A stretch of 63,979 bases of DNA, counting the filler, from Basidiobolus ranarum (lineage: Eukaryota), in NCBI GenBank assembly GCA_040143965.1. It is 4 parts of 4 records of this genome, joined end to end, with 100 filler letters (N's around TTAATTAATTAA, not from the genome) between each part and the next. Parts side by side here need not be neighbours in the genome. Positions count along the whole stretch, not along the records: positions 48,510 to 63,979 come from JASJQH010007252.1; 3 more parts are not named here. One strand, written 5' to 3'. Position numbers and translations under genes: made by a program. The stretch's first letter is position 1. Every line of letters begins with the position of its first letter. Of this stretch, positions 51,659 through 62,412 are shown piece by piece. The notes under the pieces are model-generated. The model was given only the letters and a program-made list of their open reading frames with translations, did not search any database and had not been told where the DNA came from.

Positions 51659-54600
51659 TTACCATGCTAATCTTGCCAATACTCCTTTAGGATTGGTTCT
51701 ATTACGGAACTTTCGGAATTCATCTAGTAGGAATATTAACAAGGCACCAACTAAAGGTGCAAACCAGTAACCCACTGGCACTGCACGTGTATTAAATTGT
51801 TGTTGGAAGAATGGTACATGAATCACTAGGACGGCAAAAGATAGTGAAACCACTTGGGCCACTATTAATCCAAGATTCCGTGTAGGCTTCTGAAGCGGAT
51901 TGTGTTGAAAGAATGAAAGGTAGCGTGTCCGTGTGGAGAGTAAATTACCAAATGCTTGGCACATCACTAATGAGATGAACATCACACTTTGTCCACCATA
52001 TGTGAGCTCTTGAAGTTGAGATGCAGTTTTGCCATGGTATCCGGCTTGCCATTTATCGAAGGCGAAGAATAGATCGCTGACCTTCAATCCACCTTGGGTA
52101 GTCATGAAGAAGAAGTAGAGTATATGACCAACGAGGGTTTCGATCATGCCAACCATAAAGTAAGCATGGATAAGAAGTCGCCAATTTACCAAACGATCAT
52201 GTTTTGCATCTCTAGGTTTGCGTTTGAGAAGATCCCGCTCGGGTTTTTCCAATACCAAGCCAATGGCGGGAGGCACATCGGTCAACACACAAATCACTAA
52301 CATTAGGAAAGGACTGAGTGGGAGTGGAAGTCCAAAGAACATATTTGTGAGAACTGGAATCATCTCAGCAAACGATCCAGCGGGTAACATATACAATAAA
52401 CACTTCTTCAGGTTCTCGAAAACGAGACGACCACTCTCCAAGCTTACCAGAATGGAGCTGAAATTGTTGTCTAATAGCACCATATGAGCAGCAGCCACAG
52501 CAACCTCAGATCCTCCACCCATAGCAATACCAATATGTGCACGCTTCAATGCAGGTGCATCGTTGACTCCATCTCCGGTGACACCAACTACAGAACCACG
52601 AGCGCGGAACTCTTCCACAATACGCAACTTCTGTTCAGGAGTGGTGCGTGAAAAAACAATCTCCTCATACTCGAAAATACGATCCCAGTGATTGTCAACA
52701 AAGTTAGGAAGGTCACTACCAGTGAGAAGCAAGCTCACTTTCTTGAAGTCGGATGCGAGAGGAATGTTCGTCCGTCCAGCTTCAATCGATGAGCCAACAC
52801 GGGTTGAGGAATCATCATCAACTGGGGTTACCGCTCGGTAGTCATGTGCATCTGTAAAGACTTCCACACTACATTTACTTGTTATGTCTGCTCCAGTATG
52901 AAGCTCAGGATAAGTAAAGATTCCCACTTGTTTGGCAATAGCAGCTGCTGTAGCACCATGGTCTCCAGTCACCATGAACAACCGAATTCCAGCTCCGCGG
53001 CATACTTGGACTACATTGAGAGTCTCATCTCTTGGCGGATCCACGATTCCTACCAAGCCGAGAATACATAAGCCACTTCTCATTCTATCCACCAAATACT
53101 CATCTTCCCAGTCCACGGGGATTTCTTTCTCTTCTTTCACAACTTTACGACAGATAAGTAAGACTCTTTCACCATTGTTACTCCACTCCTCTTGCTGCTT
53201 CTCCAGGCGACGAATGGACTCGGTATCTAGGGGGGATACTTCACCGGTATGACTCATGATGTGAGTGCATTTGCCGAGTAAAAAGTCTGGGGCACCCTTA
53301 GTGAACAACTCTGGAGCTTTGGGTTCTTCGCCATTGATTGGATTCGCTTGGACCAAGGTTAGCATCCATTTGTTACGTGAGTTGAAAGGAATCTCATGTA
53401 GAATGGAGTATTGTGAATGCAATTGATCGATACCGATTACTTGTTCACTAGCTCTTAAAAGAGCGATATCAGTTGCATCTCCAATCACTGGTTGTTCGTC
53501 GGTGGAGATGTGATTAGAATTCCCCGTTTTGGGTTGGGTAAATTCCGCCCCGTTACACATGCCAGTGACGGTGATAAATGTTTGAATCCCTGCATGTTGA
53601 TTGTGTAAATCGTTACATTCACTAATGGTGAAGCTGCTTCCGTTCATCCAAATATGCTTGGCAATCATTTTGTTTTGGGTCAACGTTCCGGTCTTGTCCG
53701 AGGCCAACACATTCACCGCTCCCAAAGTCTCTACGGTTGACAAATTCTTGACCAAAACCTTATTTTTAGCCATACGACGGGCCACCAAGGTGAGCGTCAA
53801 TGTGATTGCGAAGGGAAGGCCATCTGGTACGAAGGCAACAATCACGCCAATTGTATTCACCAAGACTTCAGAAAATGAGATGAATGTGGGATAAGTTGGT
53901 CGAAGCCAGGCTCCCCATATAATCATGATCAAGACACCCGTGGTGATGGCCATAGAAGCGATGATTCGGACAAACAAGGCGATATCCTTTTGCAACAACG
54001 ATTGCTCTTCACCTCCATTCTTTCCTGAGCCAGTGGAAGATAGTCGAGCTATTTTACCCATCACGGTTGCATCCCCGGTGGCTATAACAACTCCAACTCC
54101 CTCTCCATTGGTCACCAACGTTCCCATCAAGGCAATGTTGTGGGATTCCAAGTAAGTGGCTGAAGTGGAATGGATGGTCATCGTTACTGGCTCGCATTCA
54201 CCGGTTAGAACCGATTGGTCTACACGCATCGCAGACACATCAATCAGTCTGATATCAGCAGATATCTTCACACCGTACTTGACTTTGACTAAATCTCCTA
54301 CCACCAAGTTGCTGGCTGGGATTGGGGCCCACGAGCCGTCGCGGAGAACGGTGGCACTTGAAGGCAGCATGGACTGGACGCTCTTCATTACTTTGTCACT
54401 TGAGTAGTCTTGATAGGCAGTGAAAGCAGCTTGAAGAAAGATGACGATTAGCACAACGATCCCAAGGCCCAAATTGGTTGGATCAGGATTAGGATTTCCT
54501 ATAGGTTTATAGGCAAGGAAAGCCAGGACGGCAGCTATCCATAGTAACCAACAGAATCCACCCAAAAAGTAATTGGCAAGCTTTGCGAGGAGTCTGGATG

Positions 54601-54970
54601 GGGGTGGACTCAATGTATTTGGACCCCATTGAGCAAGCCTTTCTTCAGCTTTGGTGTTTGACAAGCCTTTCTTAAAACTTGTTTCGAATCGCTCCTCTAG
54701 AGTGAGGGTGTCGATCAAATGAAAATCCACATCTGCTTCATCTTGACCGATTTGTTGAGAAATGGCAGCAGAAGCACCCATTTCTTTGGATGCTGACTTA
54801 CTATTGCCACGCTTAGCGATGATTTCTCTTACATAAGTAAGTAATGTCTTGAACTCAATAACCAAGGTTCGAGCACGTCTCTTCTCTTGTTCCACATCCC
54901 GGAATGAAGGCGGGGCATAATGAGGAGTGCTCTCAATCTCATCTACAGGTGCTGGGCCACTATTTGACAT
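51659..54970 (-). CDS. P-type cation ATPase, Na,K/H,K-ATPase alpha-like (fungal ACU-type K+/Na+ uptake pump), intronless
   Basis: GPN.L.PP, LTGECEP, VPDGLP, SDKTGTLT, IPFNS.NK, KGAPD, DPPR, MVTGDH, TGDGVNDAPALK, YMLPAGSFAE; ~10 TM. Confidence 0.92.
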   Translation of the reverse strand: MSNSGPAPVDEIESTPHYAPPSFRDVEQEKRRARTLVIEFKTLLTYVREIIAKRGNSKSASKEMGASAAISQQIGQDEADVDFHLIDTLTLEERFETSFKKGLSNTKAEERLAQWGPNTLSPPPSRLLAKLANYFLGGFCWLLWIAAVLAFLAYKPIGNPNPDPTNLGLGIVVLIVIFLQAAFTAYQDYSSDKVMKSVQSMLPSSATVLRDGSWAPIPASNLVVGDLVKVKYGVKISADIRLIDVSAMRVDQSVLTGECEPVTMTIHSTSATYLESHNIALMGTLVTNGEGVGVVIATGDATVMGKIARLSSTGSGKNGGEEQSLLQKDIALFVRIIASMAITTGVLIMIIWGAWLRPTYPTFISFSEVLVNTIGVIVAFVPDGLPFAITLTLTLVARRMAKNKVLVKNLSTVETLGAVNVLASDKTGTLTQNKMIAKHIWMNGSSFTISECNDLHNQHAGIQTFITVTGMCNGAEFTQPKTGNSNHISTDEQPVIGDATDIALLRASEQVIGIDQLHSQYSILHEIPFNSRNKWMLTLVQANPINGEEPKAPELFTKGAPDFLLGKCTHIMSHTGEVSPLDTESIRRLEKQQEEWSNNGERVLLICRKVVKEEKEIPVDWEDEYLVDRMRSGLCILGLVGIVDPPRDETLNVVQVCRGAGIRLFMVTGDHGATAAAIAKQVGIFTYPELHTGADITSKCSVEVFTDAHDYRAVTPVDDDSSTRVGSSIEAGRTNIPLASDFKKVSLLLTGSDLPNFVDNHWDRIFEYEEIVFSRTTPEQKLRIVEEFRARGSVVGVTGDGVNDAPALKRAHIGIAMGGGSEVAVAAAHMVLLDNNFSSILVSLESGRLVFENLKKCLLYMLPAGSFAEMIPVLTNMFFGLPLPLSPFLMLVICVLTDVPPAIGLVLEKPERDLLKRKPRDAKHDRLVNWRLLIHAYFMVGMIETLVGHILYFFFMTTQGGLKVSDLFFAFDKWQAGYHGKTASQLQELTYGGQSVMFISLVMCQAFGNLLSTRTRYLSFFQHNPLQKPTRNLGLIVAQVVSLSFAVLVIHVPFFQQQFNTRAVPVGYWFAPLVGALLIFLLDEFRKFRNRTNPKGVLARLAW

Positions 54971-55179
54971 GATAATAAAGGATCAATCTACGATCCGGTT
55001 GGTCGAGGAATGTGACTAAAGCCGCACAATAAAATCAACAAAAATGAAGAGAAGGAAGGTTATCGGTAGCTTTCGCCCGTCCCTCTCGTAGCTTATAAAG
55101 CATCTCTGTCCTAGCCAGTGTTGAAAATACCAAATTGAGTCAATTGTATAAATTCATTACACCAGATCATTACTCCGGT

Positions 55180-55840
55180 CCATTCCTCATTCATCGATTG
55201 TAGAATGGATCACTGGGGTGTCTGCTTCATGGGATGCCAGGTTAAAATGGGGAATGGTTCAGCCAATAAATCCATGTCTTACTCTCCTTTTTCTGTCAAT
55301 TAATTCTGCAATCGAGGAATCACGAATGGATCAGCAGATGTTGTATGGATGGATGCAAATAGCAACCTACGGACCAATCATTTCTTAATTTGTCAGACCA
55401 ACTCGTCAGGATCAGACAAATATGGAAATCTGATCCATTCTGCAATCGATGGATCATGAATGGACCATGTGCGAATGGATTTTGAACACCATTTAGACCT
55501 GGATCCCATTCGGCTCGCCGAAACTACCTACTATTAGGGCTGCACCCACACACATCCACATCCACACCCACGCCATTCTCAAATTAACAATTTCCGAATT
55601 GGTTTGAGACGCAATTGTATGACTAGTGCATGATGATTGTTTTTTCTGCTGATGTTTTGTTGCTTTGCAAACGCTTTGTCTCCTCAAGCATTATGGCCGT
55701 TGAGTGGAGACGCTTTCTAAGTGAGAATGCTAGTAAGCCAGATATACCAGATAATCACTAGTGAGATAATCTCCCATAATAAAGGCTATTCTGACATGAA
55801 GAACTATTTCCATTCGTAGGTTTCCATTCGGTTTCCATTC
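55180..55840. promoter_or_regulatory. Cluster of 12 CCATTC/GAATGG motifs with longer direct and inverted repeats upstream of the ATPase
   Basis: Motifs at ~55180, 55203, 55252, 55324, 55435, 55458, 55473, 55506, 55573, 55810, 55824, 55835; 21-bp inverted repeat 55192-55212/55431-55451. Confidence 0.6.
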
Positions 55841-56997
55841 GCACTATAAATGGTCGTTGTAGCACATATCTAGGAGTTGCTAGGAGCTCTATCATTGCTG
55901 TTTGCGTTTAATGAATTTCAGGATAGTAATTCCTGGGATATCTATTCCCTCGCTAGAAAAATAGAAGCATCCATCCTTAATGTAGAATCCACCATAATTC
56001 CGTACATCCGAGACTTGAAATAAACAAGTTTGAATGAGTTATTGAGTGTAGTGGTGTGTCTACTAGTGCGGTAATCATTTCGCTTTCCACAACATTGTGT
56101 GTTGCTTCTAACCAGCCCCATCATTTTCAATATATCATCTGCCTCCTACGCTTGTGGTTAGGGTTTATCTTGGGCACGGCATATGATTTCAAATAATTCC
56201 GATACTTTTGTTTACGAATTTTGGGATGGCTTCCATACAACTGTGATGTGATGGTGATGCATCAACATACCAATCAGGTTGAAGTCTCATAGTCCAAATC
56301 GCATCAACTGTTCATGCACCATCTCACACTTTGACCAAGTTATATATATCATGCAGGCTAGAACATCGAACTTTAATTTCACTTAACAAGCCAATCCATT
56401 GTTATTTTCTTTGTTATTATAGCCAATGAAATATTTGACAAATGAGATTTATGCAGGGGATGTCTCAAATTAGTATTCAATTTCAATCTTATAAACTGAT
56501 GTTAATTTCCCGTGTTAATTTCCCGAATCCATAGATATTGTTTTTTGGTAACCTTTAATGATTGATACCAGAGAGGTTTGAAGTTAGTAAGGGTGTTATG
56601 AACATTCCTCGCACACGGGGAGAAATACACAGCTCTCTTTTCCTATTCATGTTGGAACGATATTCCAGTGATCGTCTTTTTCTTAACGTTCCAAGCATAC
56701 TGTATATGTAAAACATGCCGAAAACATTACAGTTGTTTCAGCTAAACATACATTGGCTAAGAAGAAACATATGACTTGAGGTACTTCTGAACGTAGGTCA
56801 ACTAAGTATACTATTATTGGAAATAAAAGTAACTTCAACGAGGGATTTAAACTTTGAATGATCAAGAGTTGAGGTAATTGGACAGGTGCAGCAGTTAGAT
56901 TAATTATAAAATACTCAAGATAGCAAGCATTAGGAATTGGAGGGGTAAGGATGTTTGAATATAACATGTGATGAAGTATTTGCTGAAAATGACATAT

Positions 56998-58555
56998 CTT
57001 AAGCACCTATATAGTCATGTAGTTAGTTATTTCCACTATGTTACTAGTAGTTAATATCTTCATGAGGAATTCTATGAAGTATTTGTTAATTTGGGTGCCT
57101 GTTGGAGGTGGTTTGGTGAATTAGAGAAATTGGTGGTTTTCACTTATTGATTTATTGAGTAGAAAGTTTCCACTTACACTTTTGTCAAGATGTAAAGAAA
57201 TTAACATGTAGAGTGTTTTAAGAAAGGTCCCAGGAACATGTGTGGAAAGTTTGGGGCTTCTAGCACGAATTTGAAAAATTTGTATATCTGAGAACTTCTC
57301 AGTTGGTGTCAATATTCAAAGTAAATTCCGATTGGCAATAATGGGTAATATCTTATAGTGAGATATAAGATAACTATATACTAAGCTATATATGACTATA
57401 TAGGTGCTCAGGCAATGCTAATTTTAACAGTATTTAGAGAGCTAGTCTGAAGTGGTTTGAAGAACTAGTGGAATGGGGGGTTTTCACTCTTTGATTGAGT
57501 ACAAAGCTAACATTTATAGCTTTGTCAGATAGTTAACAGACAAATATGTATCAAGTGTCAAGTAAGATCCCAGAGACTGTCAATACCTATATAGTCATAT
57601 CTAACTTGGTATTTAGTTATTCTATATTGAATTAAGATATCACCCATGAGTTGATATTGAAATTTACTTGGAAGTTCTCAGAATATGCTTTGAATGTTTT
57701 TACCCACTTAGAAGCTCTCAGATATATAGGCTTTTCAAGCTTATTCTAGAAGCTCCAAACTTTGCACACATGTTCCTGGGATATTCCTTGACACATTCTA
57801 CATGTTAATCTGTTTATAGCTTGACAAACATATAAATGTCAACTTTCTGTTCAATAAATCAGCAGGTGAAAGTCACCAACTTCTCTAATTTGCCAAACCA
57901 CATCCAACAGGATCCCAGAATACTTTAAAAGAGACAAGTGTGCAATGTTTGGAGCTTGTAGAATAACCTTGAAAAGTCTATATGTCTGAGAGCTTCTGAG
58001 TTGGTACAAGCATTCAAAGTATACTCTGAGAACTTCTAACTTGGACAAATTTGAGAAAATCTTATAATGCTCAAACTTCAAAGAGACCCCAAACTTGTAT
58101 ACATGTTACTAGGACCTTTCTAAGCATATTCTATATGTAATATCAACTTGCCCTCAATATATCATTGTGTGAAAACCATCAATAATTCCAGATATCCAAA
58201 TTGGTTCCAACCACTTATATACGTTGAATTAGCATTGCCTAGCAGTAAAGAGACTAAACTTTGTTGAAATTAGCATTGTCTAAACACCTATATAGTCATA
58301 TATAGCTTAGTATTTAGTTATCTTATATCTCACTAAGATATTACCCATTATTCTCATAAAGAATTTACTTAGAATATTGACACCAACTTAGAAGTTCTCT
58401 GATATATAGATTTTTTCTAACTTGTGCATGTTAATCTGTTTATATCTTGACAAAAGTATAAATGTCAACTTTCTGCTCAACAAATCAATAAGTGAAAACC
58501 ACCAATTTCTCTAATTCTCCAAACTACTTCCAACAGGCTCCCAAATACTTTAACA
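56998..58555. mobile_element. Nest of about 7 complete and partial copies of the TG...CA repeat family in both orientations
   Basis: Approximate copies: head 56998-57030 (+), 57077-57430 (-), 57430-57575 (- partial), 57582-57928 (+), 57937-58040 (- partial), 58070-58215 (+ partial), 58262-58555 (+; TGTTGAAA...TTTAACA). Confidence 0.85.
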
Positions 58556-59873
58556 CTATAATACTTCAACATTATTGATATTATATATGCAACATTTTCT
58601 TAGGAAAAGAAAAGACCTATAAAACTCATTCTCCCACTTTATTTAACCATGGCATAATTTTGATTCATTTCTTTTATAATTCAATAACACAGCAGGCGCT
58701 TATCATATAATCATCCTAATCACTTCCAATTCAACTCACATACTTAAAATGCCTGGTACCTTTATAGTAGACAATAATGTCAAACATATATTAAGGCGCA
58801 GAACTTATTCGACAGTAGTATTTCTATATTGAAAGATTGATTTGTGAGATTGATGCGAGTCCCAGCCCCAGTGATATGTCATAGCGAAACAACGTGTAGT
58901 GAAGCATCCAATGAGAGAAGCAATATAGAGGAAATAAGTTCGTGATTATATTCGCATATTCCATATTCCCACCAGAGTTAAATTGATAAGACAAAGTAGA
59001 AAGAATCCGGTTTGATTCAAGAAAGATTCATTAAAACTACCAAGACTCTGACTCCTCTCTTTTATGTCCGATAACAAGTGGCTTTCGTGAATTCAAGACT
59101 TCCCAAATTTGATTAAGTTTCAACCAACAGCTTGGCACAGGGTTAGGGTTAAGAAATGGCTCCATCTCCAGGGGTTAAGGTTAGGTTATGGGCCGATCCC
59201 CCTGATGACAGAACCTGACCTATCTTGAATCAGAAAAGATGTCAATAGCGTGTACCACGTACCACACATGAGCCCTCACACACCACAGAGCTAATGGTAA
59301 TGGCGAATCTAATGATTATGGTGAATCTGGTGAATCTAGTGAATGTAGATATTTCTCCGCTATCAATTTCGCTGTCAATTTCGAATTTAACTTAATCGAC
59401 TTGGTCTATCTACTGATCATAGGTTTATTTCGTACATCTTTTTGGGGAGGGGGTTGATAGGGAATTGATAGCGAAGTGATAGAGAACAAATGGCGAATTG
59501 CGGGTGAGCTCATCCTCCCACTTCTAATAAAAAACTATTATACAGGAATTGAAGGGAATTCAATGCCAAGGAAACTATAAACAACTCAAGTGCCCTAAGT
59601 ACGGGTATAGTAACACTTAAAGGGTTGGCAATAGAGTGAGAAGATATTCGATAATCTCCAAGTGATGAGGGTGAGGTGATGGGCCAAGATAGTATTCGCT
59701 ATCTACTGAGCAAAAGATAAGCCACAATTCCCCGGATGTTAGATTCACCAACCAATACTAGCTAGTGTTCATGTCGAAATATCCCAAATTTCCTCGAAAA
59801 GTTCACCTTGATATTTCTATATGGTGGTGATATGTGAGTTGGGGTTGGCTTAAAAGAGTCCCTGTTCATAATT

Positions 59874-61049
59874 TTACCTTGCGGGATAACGAAACCCTTG
59901 CACAGCCAATTTGGAATAGTGAGACATTACGATGGAGGGCTTTTTCCGCTTGTAGGAGATGTGTTTGGTTTTATCATGCACATCAGTAGAGCCATAATCG
60001 TGTATATCTGAGAAATTGGGTATCTCGTTAAACTAGACAGGTAACTATGTTAGCGACACTCACGGCAATTGACCAAGCCAGCTTACCATATTACGAACGC
60101 TCCTGACTCTAGCGACCATGGGAGTCAAGCTAACCATATGGTGAGGAATTCTAACATTGTTCTCGATATTGTATCCCCAATTACCAGCTTTAGTCCATTG
60201 ACCTTGTAGCAAAGGCCATTTCTCTGCGGATACACACCATCCACGCGGTTTAAAACGGTCAGGTGTTAAGTAATAGATATCTTTCATTGTGTATGGATCT
60301 TTGTTAAATCCATTTATATTCAACACGTTAGAAAAGTTGGGATTTTGAAGGATAGTTTCAAAAGCCCATTCGAAGTAATTATACATATCAGACGATGGTA
60401 GTAAGTCACTTTGTAACACAATTGCACCAGGTGCCTAAAAATTTCTCCAAGTCAGTCACAATAGCCATAAAAAACGACCACCATTCTAGACTAATATACC
60501 TTCATGGAGTCAAAAGCAAAAGAGAGTAAAAACTCCACGTTCCCCGCTGAAGGAAACCATTTGGTTTCGAATAAAGAGGAGATCGAGAAGAAAGGTCTAA
60601 CATGGTGTAGATACAGAATCTCCATTTCACTTGGGATTTTTTCAATAATAGACTCAACCTCCTTATTGTTTCCCTCCTGTGAAAACACCACGATGGTCTA
60701 TAACAAAGCCAGTATTAGACCAGAGGTTTTGCTTTTAGAATAACAATACCTTTACCTTGTTTAAATTCTCCATTTTCAATAGAGCTGCAATTAATTGCTT
60801 TAAATATTCCGCATTATCCGAGACCGGGACCAATAAGGGTAAAAATTGAACTCCACCCTGGGGCCATTGCTTCTTTTTTGAAGTTAAAAGTAAGTCACTA
60901 GTTGCTTCAGTGCTTACACGATGTGAATAATTCGCATATGTGATAACCGATACCACAAAGGCAAGCCAAAAGCAGAGGAATAGCATGGCCAATATTTGTA
61001 AAAAATATCCAGTACGAAAACGACAACGAAGTTGTATTTGAAACAACAT
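59874..61049 (-). CDS. Type II Golgi glycosyltransferase, GT-A fold, N-acetylglucosaminyltransferase I/II (GT13/GT16)-like; 3' end uncertain
   Basis: N-terminal TM; LLVPVSDNAEYLKQLI..L....NL.K..VVFSQE; AIVLQSDLLPSSDMYNYF; DRFKPRGW; TPMVARVR; three introns. Confidence 0.65.
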
Positions 61050-61796
61050 AGTTTATGAAGAAATATCCCTCAGTTTCTTATAAATAAAGGTATAATATAT
61101 ATTTAAATAAAGTTGAAGTATTTCGAATACAAAAGCGGTCCTGCGATTAACTTCGAGGCTGTTGTCTCGATGAAATACTTTAATTGAAAACTTAAAGTTC
61201 GATGTGGTGGTTTTTTTAGAGAGTTGAGTGTTAATATTGAGGCTTTAAGTGAGAAAAGGGTTGGTTGGATATTATTTTGGAAAAGTTACCCAATAGTAGG
61301 TATAGTGAACAAGAGCGAAAGGGAGTGAAGGGAGGCTTTGGACACTATTGGCCTTGAAATAAGGGGATAAGGAGGGCATTCGCAAAATCGGTAGAAACGA
61401 GTCAAGTTTGGCCATTCAATTTGACGATCCTATGAAATCCCCAATTTATCTGGACTACAACGAAAGCATGGCTACAAATAGCATCTAACTTGACTTCTAA
61501 GAGTTTTCCACTCTGATGAATTCCACGTCCAAATAGAGAATATATACTCAACACTGAAAAACCTAACCCTAAGCACCTCATAACTAGCAATTAAGGAAAA
61601 TAAGATTTCATTTGCGTCATAATTGTTGGTCCTACTGAAATATATCACAAGCCATACAATCATTGAGCAATTAAAATGTGCAGTACATTAAGCAACTAAA
61701 ATGAGCCATACAATATATTTATACAGCAATTGAAATATGGCTCACTGACTGACAGTTGCTCATCACTATGATCCATGGTTAGAAGGTGAGTAATAT

Positions 61797-61837
61797 CGTG
61801 TATGCGTGTATGCGTGTATGCGTGTATGCGCGTATGA
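61797..61837. repeat. Microsatellite (CGTGTATG)n, ~5 units
   Basis: Read directly in the sequence. Confidence 0.85.
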
Positions 61838-62412
61838 ATCAATAATAAGAAGATGAGTAATACCGTGTGCGAATCGAATGAAGAGCTAGGGTTAGGGTTA
61901 GAGGAGGTCACGGTCACGGTCACCATGTTCTCCATCTCTCAATGTTGAACAACGCCGGCCCTAGGGATTTGGATACAGCAACTTCTGTATCACATAGTGG
62001 GTCCAAGCAGCGTGTGGGAAGTTAACTAACTTTCATATGAATCGGTTTATATAATAATCTAATATAAAGTGGGGAAAATAGGGACCATTTGCAAAAGCAG
62101 TATGGGTCTTTCGTAGAATGATATTCTCACACTCATTTGGGGAGGGAAAGAAATCCAGAAAACTCTATTGATCAAATCATCATTACAGTCATCACAATCA
62201 TCCTGAGTCTGAATGAGATTTATTGACAATCCTGGAAGTGTGAAAATTTCCAATCAAAAGATTCCATTTCCGACACCTACCGAATTAGGCCAACCAATGA
62301 ACGAGGATGTATGCCGAGCAGGGGATATATATAAGGCTTAAGGGGGATCTGATGTAAAGATTTCAACGTTTCTTTGAATAATACTCTTTGTTTTTGATAC
62401 CAACCTGTCAAT

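Noticed and set aside
52094-54407. Plus-strand ORFs overlapping the ATPase, and similar antisense ORFs over other genes
   Set aside because: They are antisense shadows of well-supported genes and have no motifs of their own
56683-57006. 107-aa minus-strand ORF next to the repeat nest
   Set aside because: It starts inside a repeat head and has no recognisable family or splice support
56998-58555. Repeat nest as a CRISPR-like array, or ORFs 57121-57312 and 57851-58081 as genes
   Set aside because: Units are ~350 bp, in mixed orientation and without unique spacers; the ORFs are chance frames in repeat DNA
59318-59473. Short tandem (GTGAATCT) and inverted (CGCTATCAATT/AATTGATAGCG) repeats
   Set aside because: Too short and isolated to support an element or RNA call
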